In this document: positions 1 to 13,159 of the stretch, piece by piece
Layout: every line of letters begins with the position of its first letter
Numbering within the stretch: position 1 is the first letter of the stretch
NCBI GenBank assembly: GCA_965202585.1
Contig: OZ241826.1
Span: 69,688,001-69,752,000 of the forward strand
Length of the DNA: 64,000 nt
DNA from: Thalia democratica
Taxonomy: Eukaryota
Direction of reading: 5' to 3'
The notes under the pieces: model-generated
What the model was told of the DNA's origin: nothing
The model's database searches: none
The model's input: only the letters and a program-made list of their open reading frames with translations
Made by a program: the position numbers and the translations under genes

Positions 1-36
1 TTTGTTATAACAGATAATATACAAAAACAAACTTAC

Positions 37-3000
37 TCTAAAAGTTGCCTGTGGCTGATAGACTATCTTTATGCAACCTTCTATAGATATTTTTTGATCA
101 TCAAGTGATGTTTGTAAGTCTTTTGTTATTTCTTTGTCATTTATGTAAAACGAGTATAGCTGTTTTTCTTCCTGAAATATATATTGTTGAGATATTTATT
201 TTATGTATATGTATTCAATTAATATCAAAAGTAATTAGTAAAACTATATTTAACCTTTAATTTTTAAAATAGTGCATAAAAAAAAGTTGAAGTATTCATG
301 TAAAAAACTTAATTAATTGTACATTTTAAATTAGTTCTTTTATACTAAACAAATTAAACACAAAATTAACTATTTAAAAAAAGATTTATCTTTAAACTGA
401 AAGTATATTTACAATTGAATCTGTTTACTTGATTATAGATATTTTGAAAAAAAAAGAAACTCTTAAAACACAAAAAAATAGTAAAGATAAACTTAAGTAG
501 TTGCTAAGAAACATAAGGGATTTAATCTTAAAGCAATCAAGTATTTTGAAAAAAAATTGTCTAAAATTAAACACATATTTATACAGATAATCTTTGTATT
601 CTAAAGGCTATTTGAATATTTAATCAAATTTATTGTACTTTAAGTGTTTGAAATAACTAAACTGTATTGACATTTAGTTCATATCATAGAATTTGTAATT
701 TAAAACTTTTAAAAAGTCAAAAAACTAAAAGAGGTGCAATGTAAATAAAAATGAAAAAATAAAATTTAACAGAGTTTACTTCTTCAACATTTAGAATACT
801 GCGACTAATGTTTCTCAATTTTTAAATAGGTTGCAGTGATTACTAAACTAAAACTTTTTTTTAACTTTTATTAGCAATTTTCATTAAAAATAAAACATTG
901 AATCAACGTTTTACTGATTTGTAGAAGTATTGTTTATTCAATTTTTATGTCATTTATAAATTAAATACACTAATAGCTGTACTTCTTTGTATCACTTCAT
1001 AATTTTTTTGTGAAAAAAGCATATTAATTTATTTTTCACTTAAAATACAGTTGGCTAATTTTAGAGTAAAACTTAACATTCCAAGTTTAAAAGCTGTTAC
1101 AGAGTATTCTTTTTTTTACTTTTTATTTAGTTATACACCTACAAAGGTTTTTAATGTATAACTCAATTTTCATCACATAGGTAATATTATTTATACTATT
1201 CTATATTTAAGGGGTTGCCAGCCTTTGAGATATAAAAGCTATCCTGAAAAATCATCAAGCTAGCTTGAGTCAGCCTGAGTTTATAAAAAATGAGAAAATA
1301 ATTAAAATGAGCTAAGAACTGAAAAAATATTGTTCAATCAAGCATACTTAAAAACAGAAAATTAAAAACAATACAATTTAAATAAAACACAATTTTTTAG
1401 ATTTTAAGTTGTAAAAAACTAGCATAAGATTTAGGAAAATGACTAAAATAGCATAAGTCAGCCTGAGTTTTTCAAAGAGTTCAAAATAGCCTTAGTTATG
1501 CTGAGTTTGTTCTATGTCGGCTTGTGCTCGACTCAGTTTAGATTCAGGTATGCCAATCATAAAAAATCTTTTAAAGGCGGCATATATGAAAATGACACTG
1601 AATTTTCGAATTATGTTTGTGGCTTAAAGCGCAGCGGCATTGACTTTGAAATATCCTAGGAAGTTATAAAAAGAGCACAGCCTATAGCTGACGGTAATAG
1701 CCCAATATGTAGGCTGTGTCTCAAAGAAGCAACAGCCGTTGTATATGCACTGAAAGACAAAAGATGCCTAAATAAAAGAAGCGAGTTTGTATCGTCCTGT
1801 AGACATATAAAAAAATCGCTTTTAAAGTTTAACAAGTTTTAATTTCATCTTAAAATAATCTAAATTTTAATTTGTATCTTAATTTTATCTTTATCTCCTT
1901 CAATTATCTGTCCTAATGTATAGTTACTTACTGAAGTTTTATGAATTTTTGCAAGTTTATTGTCGATTGGTAAATTAATTTTTGCACAAGCTGTTTTGCA
2001 TGGTTTTTAGTAGTACCAAAATTACATCATAATCTATTTATTCTAATTTTTAACTTTCATTTGTGTATTTTGTTTTGTGCTTTATTTTAAACTTGTTTTG
2101 AAGCTGATGAGTGTATAGGCACGAAACTCGAGTCCTTTGAGTTTTACATCTTTAAATAAACCTTTTTATTATATATATAGATATATATATATCTAATTAT
2201 TTAAAACTATAATTTAAACAGCTGTTTCACACAGGAATTGTAAAATTTCATGTAATCGTTAGTAAGTTACAGTTTATTATAATAGTGAACAGAAATTTTA
2301 ATTTAAAAGTTTTTATAATAATTGTGACGTAGTAATGGTACAGTTTATTGTACAATTAGCTGAATTTGAAATAATACGCTGTGAATGTTAATCTATGCTT
2401 TTTAGGAAAGTTTAAAAAGGTTTTATTGGAAAAATGTTTTAAGCTATTAGAAAAAAATTTTTAGACTGTTAAGAAAAATGTTATAAAATACTTGTGTTTG
2501 CCAATTTAATATATATATACATTGTTTTCAATAAATATTATAACTTATAGTGACAAAAAGCAAAATTTAGTGGAAAATATTATAAATTTCATTTCATTGT
2601 TTGTTTGTAACCTTAATATTATCTTGTATTTTTTTGCTTTCTAAAAATACAATTTATAAATTTCCTTAAAGTTAGTTGTTTGTACATTTTATGGTTTAAA
2701 GTTACTTAACTTACTTATCTTTATTACTATGTTTACATATTTTTAACATATATTTTCTAATACTTTAAGTTACTATACAATTAAAAACTATTCTTCTAGT
2801 ATATGTTTTAAAATTAAACTATAAACAAAAAATAAAAATTACATAAGTTTTCCAAACAATTTTATTTATTTTAAATATAAATAATAACATTAGTGCAAAA
2901 TTAGTAATTTATTCAGTAGGTTTCAGTGGGAACCCATAAAATGTGGTAAAACTTGGTAATGAACGAAATATTAAATTTGCACTAATATTTTTAATTACAT

Positions 3001-3455
3001 AAGCTCTTTACATTACAGTAAACTAAACAATATTTTTAGTTAAGACAAAGAACTTTTAATATAAAAAAAATCAAACAAAAATTAAAATCAGTCTTTAGTC
3101 AAATAAGCAAAAACAATACATCACTTTGTTAAGCAAAAATAAATATAAATAAAAAAAACACAATTAAGCCAAGTTACATTGTAAATGCAAGAACTTTTAA
3201 AAATGAAATAACCGAATCAGCAATTATTTCAAGGCTTTTAAAATCATAACACAAAAATTAACTGACATTTTTTAAGAGAGTGTTGCAAATTTTGTTCAGG
3301 TGCTGCACAGTGTAAGAGGTATGAAATACGAGAGAATTTCCAGTTTCTTCACCCTGTTCATTACAAAGCTGTACTTGAATTTGTTTCTTATCTTCTACTT
3401 CAACATCTTCTTTATCTGAAGAGTAATCCATATCGTTCTCAGAATCCAAAGACAT
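37..3455 (-). CDS. NLE1: Notchless homolog (Rsa4/NLE1), N-terminal UBL domain; exon 1 3455-3267, exon 2 171-37; gene continues off the window start
   Basis: Spliced in phase 0 (GT..AG): MSLDSEND...QIQVQLCNEQGEETGNSLVFHTSYTVQHLNKICNTLLKN|EEKQLYSFYINDKEITKDLQTSLDDQKISIEGCIKIVYQPQATFR. This matches the NLE domain and the conserved 'IxYQPQAxFR' segment; the MIDAS-binding Glu (SIEG) is present. Confidence 0.93.
1210..1505. repeat. Fragment of a non-autonomous DNA transposon family with a GGGTTGCCA end and internal TAGCCTGAGT repeats
   Basis: Related fragments at ~4536-4820, ~5230-5520, ~18150-18570 and ~48790-48870. Confidence 0.55.
1507..2192 (+). mobile_element. 5'-truncated Penelope-like retroelement: GIY-YIG endonuclease C-terminal half plus 3' pseudo-LTR, antisense in NLE1 intron 1
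   Basis: Frame 1510-1842 reads FYVGLCSTQFRFRYANHKKSF...ENDTEFSNYVCGLK...EIS*EVIKRAQP...CRLCLKE...LNKRSEFVSSCRH. One TAG at 1657 replaces a usual Trp. Followed by a hammerhead motif, AATAAA (~2154) and a (TA)n tail. Confidence 0.88.
2097..2141 (+). ncRNA. Minimal type I hammerhead ribozyme
   Basis: CTGATGA (2104-2110), stem II GTG/tatagg/CAC, GAAA, then C-TCGA-G (1-bp stem III with palindromic loop) and TC cleavage site after 2134. Stem I is TTTGAAG/CTTTGAG (with G-U pairs). This is the typical PLE minimal hammerhead layout. Confidence 0.85.
2889..2986. repeat. Tiny inverted-repeat element (~98 bp)
   Basis: ATTAGTGCAAA ... TTTGCACTAAT ends around a short spacer. Confidence 0.35.
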
Positions 3456-6048
3456 ATTAATTTGTATTAAAAATCTACTAATTTTATTAAAATAGGTTGT
3501 TTTTAGCCAAAAATAAACTTAATCAAAAACTAAATCAATACTTTTTTAGTCATGTTTTTGAATAACTATAACTATAAATAAAAAAATACATATCTAAAAA
3601 AAATTAGTTTCTTCTAAAATTTTTTATGTATGTGTCTGGTCATATTAGTTGACAAGAGAAATGAAAAATTCATTCACTTCTGAGCCAAAAACCAGATTTA
3701 AACACCTTCTTTTTGCTATCATGTTTTTGTTTAAATAATCCTTATAAACTTTTATTGTCCTTTTTTTGTTAAAAACTAGTCAAATATATGCTAACTTGTT
3801 AACATTTACCTTATGAGTATTAATTTAAACTTAAAAAAAGCATTAAACCTCTTGACAACAAATTGATACATATTTGACAAATTAGGTACAAAGCTTTAAG
3901 AGATGATTTTTTTGATTAATAAATAACTAGCTGATTTTAAAATAAATAAAAACTGATAAAATATTTTTTTAAAATTGTATAATTACTTTACTTATTTTTT
4001 TTATCAAACAAATTATAAAAAAGTCATATTTTGTTAAAAATTATCTTTTTAATCCATGATTAACTACTTTTCTTTTTGTATTAAAACTTTGAAAACTTTA
4101 TACAAAATTTGTCTAAAATGTTTGTATACTAGCAACCAGTAAAATAGCGATTTTAAATTTCTATTTTAGTTTGTTTTTTAATTTTACATTTAGTTTTAGT
4201 AAAATTTAATTAAGCTTAATAACAAAATTCTTGTTATATTAGAATTAAACTTTTTTTTGTTAAAATTTTGGATATATTATAACTTAATAAGGTATTTGTC
4301 TCAGAAATTGCTGAATTTTAGCTCTAGTTCAAAAGTGTACGCATTTCTCAAAAAACAAGTTGTGTTTAAAGCTGAATATTTCAGACCAGTTTTGTATAAA
4401 GTTTAAAAGTTTTTACTTGATAATATTTGATTTAACATAAAACAATTTTTACAAGTAAGGGCTTTAAATAGTTTAAATCAGGGTTTATACATAAAGTTTT
4501 GCAGTTTTGGAATGAAATGTCTTAATTTAGACTGACAGGGTTGCCATTTTTTTTTTTTCATTTTTTTTCCAGGCTTTCCTAATATGTTGTTTTCTATTTA
4601 ACTATCTATTAGTACTGATATTTTGTTTAAATAAAAATTTTAGACTAAACATTTAGAAATATTAGTATTGTCTCTATATTTGTGGGCATTTAAACTAAAA
4701 AATGTTTTATTTGAAAACTGTGTTTCTAACCATTATTAGTTTGCAAGGTTACCACTCTTTGAGTCAAAAAAAATGTCCAAGTGACCTTTAACTGCCCTGA
4801 GTCATTCTGAGTTTTTTCCAATCATTTTTTTTTGCCTCTTGCGCAATCTACTTATATCTCATGTTCATTTTCTTCTTAATAACTAAAAAGAAAGTTAAAT
4901 GTGTATTGTGTATGCTTCTGCATTAGATGTTCACTAAACTTTTGAGAAACACTGTTTTTGAGGATTCAATATTAAAAGTTTAAATTGATTAACTTATAAA
5001 CAAAGTTTGTGGATAATTTTGTGTAACAATGTTAATTAACTTTATACATAATAAAAAATTAATGAAACTTTTCTTTTCTTTTACATTTCAATTGGCTAAA
5101 TTTCATCTTACCACATAAAGTACTCATTTGTATGTGTATTTATTAATTTCAAATTTTAATTAAACAGATTATTATAAACTTGTATCATGATACATATTAA
5201 TTTGTGAATTAAAACAAAAACTACAATGTTATTTCTAAGAATAAAGAAGAACTAGCCACAAGGCTATAAAAAATTTAAATAAGCATTAAAAAAAATCATG
5301 TTCTTATAAACTAGTTATATAAAATAACTAAGCATTAAAACTGAATCAACTATACCCCACTCTAGATCTAGAAAAAAAATTTGTCCTTAGATTTCTAAAA
5401 TATCTTACAACTATCCTGGGATTTTATAAAAAATCAAAACTGTCCTGAGTCATCTTGAGTTAAAAAAGAAAAGTATCCCGAGTTACCCTAAGTACCCTGA
5501 GTGTGTACAAACCCTTAGTTTGGTGTTTTATTGATATAAAATTAATTATTTACAAATCAGTAAAAAAGCTAAGGAAATACCATATCATCTTAAAATTTTA
5601 CCTACTTACAAGCACATATACTGAGTATTTATAGATAGTTGTATAACTACATTGTACTTACTAGTTTTATGTTTATACTAACATCTTGATTATAGTATTG
5701 GTTAAAGTAGTATATGAATAGTTAAATGTGTTTTGTTGACAACTGATTATAAGTTCACTCTGGTTGCAGTGATCACATTGTTGAATAGTTGTAATTTGTT
5801 GTTTTAGAGCTGGTTAAGACTTCCTTAAGGATTTGAACTTCATAATTTCCAAAATGTTTGTAATTTTTTTAATCGATATTTTAGTCTCCAGTAAGCGTGC
5901 CACCAAGGGTTTGTTTTTTTGTTTAAAAGATAGATTCTTTTTTTCAATTTTTGGTTATTAAAATTTAAATATTAAAGGGGCAGGTTAAATTAGACATAGT
6001 GTAACACACTTTATTGTTGCAAAGGGTACAGTTTAATATTAATGTTTT

Positions 6049-6631
6049 GGTTATGATTAATTTTAGGTGGGAACCAATATTGAAGTGTAATTCAATATAC
6101 AGGAATTTTTCACCTTTATTTTAAATAGTTTTCAGTTTTATTTTGAAGCCCTGCTTATCTACTTTACTTCTGATAGTCCTGAATGTAATTTTAGGTGACT
6201 CTTCAACTGTATATTACAGTATCATTTCAACAATGCAACTTTTAAACTATTTTTTATTCTTTTAGTATTATGGTTTATGTAGGTTACATATTGCTGTGAA
6301 TTAATTATAAAAATTAAGTCGGTTCTTTATTTAACTCTAACGATAGTGTCAATTCAATTAAGTGTCATTTCAAATTATATTATTCATCAATAGATAAATT
6401 GATAGTTTCTGTTCCTTTTAATAATACTAACATTGGAAAGCTAAATATATTTTATAAGAATAAAAAAGTTTAAAATTTGCATTGTTGAAATGACACTGTT
6501 GTATACAGTTAGAAGAGTCACCTAAAATTACATTCAAATTATAACTGAAAATTATTTAAAATAAATCTGAAAAGTTCCTGTATATTGAACTACACTTTGA
6601 TATTGGTGCCCACCTAAAGTTAATCATAACC
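6049..6631. mobile_element. Foldback/MITE with long TIRs and an 8-bp TSD (Merlin- or MULE-like)
   Basis: Arms 6049-6249 and 6469-6631 are near-perfect reverse complements apart from a ~38-bp indel. Ends are GG...CC. TSD AATGTTTT at 6041-6048 and 6632-6639. Confidence 0.8.
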
Positions 6632-8524
6632 AATGTTTTTTATAAGATTGAAAAAAAAATATATTAAAATGTCTCCTTAGCTTTGCTTATTATTGAGCTG
6701 TTTGTTGTGTTTTTTGTACTTGCTATTTTAAAAAAGGCATCAAGACAATTGTGAACTATCTAATTATAAAAATTAAATCTAAGGGAGGAGGCAGTTAGGT
6801 TCCTATGGTAAACTGTGGTCTCCGTGGTCAATTTATTTTTAATATATGTGTCAAACACTGAATTTTTATCTTGGAACAATAACCCAGAAAGTTTTAAAGC
6901 AGTCATTAGGACCCCTACACAGGCCACAGTAGTGGTAGTGATGGGTTTAAAAAAGGATGCCTATCATTATTAAAGTTAATTGTGTTACTTATAAGTGTTA
7001 GCAATTGGTTTTAATTGTGCAAAGTTTAACTCAGAGAATTTTTAAAGCCATCATTAGAACCCCTACACTGTCAAGCCAAATAATACTTGGTTGATGTATT
7101 TAAAAAAGTATACATAAATAATCTAAAAAACAATTACATTTTATTCAAAGAGTTTGTTTCCCAACAATGTTTCTACCCAAAGGTGCTAGCAAGCTAAAAA
7201 CTCTGTAACTTGAATGGAGAATTAATATGGACTATCAATTACATACATTATAATTACATAATCCAAAAATTTTTGTTAATATAATTATAAAATTAACTCA
7301 AATACTATTGTTTACAAGCATATGGTGTGCAGCTCATTGACCAAATCATTTATCTCCTGGATAAGACATTAACAGTATATGTGGTGTGCAACTCAATAAC
7401 AAACTCAAAACAAACAACTAAAGGTTCTTTGTGCACCAAGTCCCAACACCTATATTTTGAGCATCTTTTTTGTTGTTCAACAAATTATAATATTTATATC
7501 CATACCAATCATATAGCCTTCATTCTTTTTATTTTTTACTAGACTTTTTTTTCAAAAAGCATGTTTTAATTTTTGGAATAACCCAATCTAGATCACACAT
7601 TTAAAACATTAAACTTCACAACAATAGGTGTGATAAAAAAATATACAGAGCTGAAACAGTATAACGAATTAGCATAGATAATATCTATTTAAAAACAAGC
7701 TTACAATTTACCTTTTGAAAATAAAAAATTTCTTTAAATTTTTTAACTACAATTGTTTTTAGATACTTAAGTTTATTTTTTTTTAATGATTTTAGAATGA
7801 TAATTCTCGTCAGAGTTACCAGAATTCCAACAATAGAGAGCTCTGAATACTGAACAATTATTAGTTGTTTCAATAATAAAATGATACTTGAGTAATTTTG
7901 TTGTAAATTTACTAATTATTTTAATACTGACTAAATCGATATACAAGAATAGTTTGAGTTATCTGTTTCTTGCTAAAATATTCAGATAAAAGTAGTTTTC
8001 TTTACCGTGTCACTCTTAATAATTCTTAATAGCTTATAACTTTTAGTATTAACTAATGTCGCTATTGAGTATTTAAATGTAAAAATAATTTAAACGATTG
8101 ACTAAAGATTTTTTTTATAAAGCGGAATTTTTGAGAGTTCTTATTAGTTCAGTTTGCTTGTACTGAACTATTTACAATTTGGTATTTGAGTCTTATGTTT
8201 ATTATACTGTTTAATTACTAACTGTTTTAAGTTTGTAATATTATAACTTAAAACTAAAATTGTTTTGCAAATACTTGATATTTAGAATATAAAAAATTAA
8301 AAAGTATATTTAGTTATATACAGTATTAACTATTTATTTTAATTTTGCTATTATAATTGGTTTTATTGCTGACTCGTAGATGTATACTCAAGATATTCTA
8401 AATTTATATTAGCTATAAAATTTAAGAAAATAATAACACTGAATCTAAAAAAAAACTACAGATAAGTTATTCTGATTTGAGATAAAACGTTCTGTAAGAG
8501 TTTAGCGATTCTAACAAAAAATAC

Positions 8525-9030
8525 TGGCACACAGCGTCTTCATTTTAGTACACTTTTATGGGGACGGATCAAATATGCACAAAGTGTCATTTTTGCACGA
8601 GACTAAAAAGAATAAATAAAAATTAAGTAAAAAAACACAAAAAATAAAAAATAAATTAATAAAAAATAGAAAATAAAACCGACTGAGGGCAATAATTAGG
8701 GGTAACAGTGATAAAAAAAAATTAGAAAAATTAGCTAACAAAAACTTTTGATCAACAAAGAAAAAAAAAAATATCAATAAAAAAATAAATCATTAACGAA
8801 AAACTACTGACCGAGGGTAAAAGTTAGTGGTAATAGTGATAGTAAAAAAATATATTAATCAAATATTATAAATAAAAAAATAGTTAAAAGATGTTTCAAT
8901 CCGTACAAAAGTCTATTCGTGCAAAAGTGACCATTCGTGCAAAAGTGTCTTCGTGCAAAAATGTCCCTTCGTACAAAAGTGACCCTTCATGCAAAAGTGA
9001 CTTCATGCAAAAGTGTCCCTTCATGAATAT
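8525..9030. repeat. Modular MITE-like repeat: TCGTGCAAAAGTG subterminal array plus GAGGGTAA..TTAGGGGTAA..AGTGATA core
   Basis: About 8 units of 17-19 bp at 8900-9025, an inverted unit at ~8590, and core motifs at ~8680 and ~8807. Confidence 0.6.
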
Positions 9031-9418
9031 TATACTCCAACCCCACTTTTATATTTACTTTTAATCTTAAAGACCAGGTAACTAATTTGTAAATGTAGTA
9101 AAACTTTGAAAATCTAAAGTTTAAGACTTTAAATTAAAGGCAATTTTTAGCTATAATAGGCTAAATATATTAATGTAAGTTATTTTATTTTGCAGTAGAT
9201 AAACACACAAACCTATAACTAAATACACAAATTAGCTTTTAAAATTAGAAACTATTAAATATATTTCTATATATCAAACGCCAAGCTCTCTTAATAAAAA
9301 AATTTCAGCACAAATTTCCCCGATCAAAAGAGTTTAGTGCAATCTTTTTTTTTTCGTGAAGAAATACTTTGAAAGATTTTTACCACGAAATTATTCTTTT
9401 GCGGAGTTTTCCCACGTG

Positions 9419-9648
9419 CTAGTCTTTTTGCAAAAGTTGCCAATCACGCGGCACCACTACACCCAAATCTGCAACCAATTCGTCGTATTTTGCTTTATCG
9501 TGGTGCCCGACGCTCCTATAGAGCTTCACCTTCCTCGTAATCATCCGCAATATCCTGTGGACTATCGTAGAGTTCTGTACCTGTTGAACGCATTCTCGTG
9601 TTATGTGCTCTCGTCCTACTGGGTTTCTAATATTTCCCGAAAATCGTA
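9419..9648 (-). CDS. MRPS15: Last exon of a uS15-family protein, probably mitochondrial ribosomal protein S15 (divergent)
   Basis: After acceptor attaacag: RFSGNIRNPVGREH...HRILRMITRKVKLYRSVGHHDKAKYDELVADLGVVVPRDWQLLQKD*. This aligns by eye with the uS15 C-terminal helices (bacterial [31 protein letters not shown]). GC/CpG-rich like other exons. Possible phase-compatible upstream exon at 9749-9701; earlier exons not resolved. Confidence 0.65.
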
Positions 9649-10619
9649 CTGTTAATAAATTTTTACATTTAATACTATTTACTAACAAAATAGTACATAC
9701 TATTTAGTTTTATGAACAATTTTTTCAAACTATTTCTCAATAGTTTAAACTAATTATTAACCTGATAATATATAACGTTTTATAACTAATAATTTACTAA
9801 TTTTTATCAAAATACAAGCTTATATAAAAAGTTCCTACAAAACAATTTTTTAAATAATGATAATAAAAAGGACAACTTCCAATATTTAAAACTCAATTTT
9901 TTAATTATTATTAAAACTAAGATTTTATATACTGTTTTTATAAAAATAGAATAGTTGGAAATAACAATATACTTTAACATCTAAAAAACAAGAAAAATAT
10001 CTATAAATGCTATCGCATAAAAGTAGTTGTAAAAAAAAACAACTATTACTTTAATTATAGAGTTTATAATAAATAAAGAGTTTATAATATTATATAGAGT
10101 TAATATTATTGATTTAATTTGAAAATTATTTTTTAATTTTGGTTTTTTAATTCCTAAAAAAAGTAGAAAAGTAGAAAATTATCCAAACTCTTCTTAATTT
10201 GTAATATACCAACATAAATAAAAAATGTTTTTTGTATACGACAGGAGAAGTTACAACAAAAGAAAGTTGTTTAAGCTTATTTATCAATTAATCTGTTAAC
10301 ATTTTCTGAACAAGAATTTTGAAAATTTGAAAAAAGTAGGAGGTTTGAAGATGCGAAAATGAAAACCTTAAAAAAATTGCAAGTTTATGTTTAATAATTT
10401 TATTATATTAATCTTATAAAAGTTTGATATAAAAATGCTGTTATTGATCAGTATTTATTTATTTTTTTATAAGTAAATCTTTATTAAGCACTTATTGTTT
10501 TTAAAGTACTTTTATAACAACAGCTTACAGTTTAGCATTATTTAATAAAACCTTTAACTTTAAAATTTTTTAAATTTTAGAAAATAACAAGGAAAATATA
10601 ATAAAAGTTTAAAAACTAC

Positions 10620-10750
10620 TACTAGAATTCATTGCGTAATATATTGTTTATTGAACGATTAAAAAAAAGCGCTCAATAAGTTTGGTCTAAGGACCTAATA
10701 TACAAAGGAACCTTTCGGTTATTGTGTCGTACACCACACTTGTAGTAAGA
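10620..10750. repeat. Dispersed ~120-bp repeat (AGGACCTGGTG..CGGTTAT..GTCG..CACCAC)
   Basis: Further copies at ~12155-12272, ~55255-55370 (inverted) and ~53083-53140 (partial, inverted). Confidence 0.55.
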
Positions 10751-11669
10751 TGAAATAATTTGTAAGAAAAGTCACAATGATTGTTATATTAAACTTAATA
10801 CTTTTATCTTTGTTAATATTTTAGTATTAAAGGAAACTGACCATGTTTGTATATGATAAACTTGTGCATTACAATTCTTTTTAAACATATTTTAAATGTT
10901 TATAATTATATCTTTAACATATATGTTTTTAGAAACTTAGTTTACTTCTATAATGTCGACAAAAATTGTATTAAACAATAAGTTCAATACATTATTTATT
11001 AATATTTATTACTTATTCTGAAAGTATAAAAATTTTATTTTAGTTAAAAAATTCTTTATATCTATTAAATTATGTAATATTTTGTATCTTCTATGTAGTT
11101 AATTTTTGAATAAAGCGATAATTATGTTGATTGGATTGCAAATATTTTTTATGATTTAAATAAAGAAAATAAAATTTGATAATAAAACTGCTAAAATTTT
11201 CAAGTTACTTGTATTCTTAGATTCTATTTAGATAATAAAATACTTTCACTTATTTGTTCAACCTTTTCATTTTTTTATCTTAAAACAGTTATAAAGCATA
11301 TTTCAGCTGTTTTAAGTAAGTAAACTAGAAAACATAGATACATATGTAGAAGGTAGCTAGTATTATAAATAAATAATTAAGCCTTAGATGTTTTTTCTAA
11401 ACTAATTGAATTTCAAAACTATGATATTTTCGAACAAATTGTTTTTCTGAGATTAATAAGAAATTGTTTCGGCTTTTATTTGAAACTTTTTAAAGTTTAA
11501 TTTCTTAAGAAAATAGTTTTAGTTTAGTATTGAGTCTGCAACAGTTACATATTTCCTTATTGTTGTATATAGTAATTTTTTTTAACAAAAAATATTGCTC
11601 AATTTACCGTAATAAAAAGAGTTTATTTAGATATTAATATTTGTGCGAATTAAATGTTTTATTCACTAC

Positions 11670-12060
11670 AAGGTCTCGGTGGTAGAAAAAAATTACGACC
11701 TTGCCAAATATAATTAAATAGTAAACTGCACTAAACATTGTAAAGTATTTAATTTGCTCTAGATATTCTTGAGCTGATGATGAAGAGCAAAAAAAGTTAA
11801 ATGCGTATGTAACGATTGTTTTTAAACTTGTACTACATATTACGGGAAAATATCAGGGGCCATAAATTGTAAAGGGGAGACATAAGAATAAAATTTGAAA
11901 TTTACACCAGATATTCTGGAGTTGATGATGAAGAGCAAAAAAAGGTCTTAGTTTAAGGATAATTTTTTGAGAAATTTTATTAAAGGGGCCATAGCTTTTG
12001 TAATTTTTTCAGATGAGGCCTCCAGAAAAAAAGTTTGGGATATATTGCTCTAGATATTAA
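11670..12060. mobile_element. hAT-like non-autonomous element with internal AGATATTCTGGAGTTGATGATGAAGAGCAAAAAAAGGTCTT units
   Basis: The same units occur at 13732-14156 and 40302-40531. Right end AAAAAAGTTTGGGA..TTG resembles a hAT terminus. Confidence 0.55.
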
Positions 12061-13159
12061 GTCTTTTGGTACTGTTCATGTGTTTTCAGTATTAAAGCTT
12101 GACAAAAACTTATTTTTATTATGGCATTTGTTACATGTAGAAGAAAAAAAGCTTATGCCGACTTAGCATACTTATACTGTTTATTTATCGACAAAAAAGT
12201 GCCAATAATTTTGGTCCAAGGACCTGGTGTACGAAAAACCTATCGGTTATTGCGTCATACACCACGGATAAAGTTTAATGTCTTGTCCATGTTTAGGCTG
12301 ACTTTTTTGATTCAAAAAGTGGCAATACAAAAAATTAAATAAATATTTGGTATTAGAAAGTGTTTACAACTAACCTTTTTTGGTACCAATTAAAAAGATA
12401 ACTTAGAATTAATTTTTTAAAAAGGTACTAATACTTAGCATAAAACGATCAATAATATTAGTTGTAGCTAAGACTGCTTAGATAAACAGCTTAGGATATA
12501 AATTTTATTAAAAAAAGAATACTACTAGTTGTAGATAAATTGTATTAACTTGAATTATAGTATATAGGAATATTGTTTTATTTTCAGTTCTATTATTTTT
12601 AATTACTTAATTCTAAAATATTTTACGAACACAATGGTATTCCTTTTCAAATCTTTATAAAGCCTTCCAACTGTTTTAAAATAAAGGAGCTAGAAATTAG
12701 AAGAGGTAAATACATAAAAAGCTCGTTAAAGTATTAGCTAAATGTTCTGATTTTAAAAGTTTTGCTTTTAACTTTCCTCTTTTTGTTAGAAAAAAATTAA
12801 TAGTTTTAATATTTAAAATTGTGTGACACGGGGGCTTACTAAAAGACTTAAAGTTATATGTACACTTTGTTGAAGTGCGGTAACATAGTTTTCTTCTATA
12901 AATAAAAAGAGTACTTCTTTAGGCAGCTTTTAGAAAATTAATTTAATGTATGTTTTTATTACACAGTGAAGCATAACTATCTAGGAAACCAGTCAAAAAA
13001 ACACGCTTTTTTGTGAAATATAAAACTAATGTATTTATTTTGTAATTCAAAATACTTTTCAAGATATAATGTTCTTTTAAATTTTTAAGTATTGAAGCTT
13101 CACCATAAGTTATATTTTGTTTTTTAAGAATTTACTAAATAGTAAGATAAAGAATTTGG

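Noticed and set aside
1935-2000. Possible SECIS after the PLE ORF
   Set aside because: ATGA/AA/GA spacing does not fit, and the CxxC codons are TGT rather than TGA.
7327-8777. Short ORFs at 7327, 7685 and 8556
   Set aside because: Low-complexity AT-rich or repeat-derived, with no splice-consistent partners or recognisable motifs.
11770-11960. TGATGA C-box-like motifs suggesting C/D snoRNAs
   Set aside because: They are internal units of a multi-copy hAT element, on the strand opposite the host genes, with no matching CTGA box or terminal stem.
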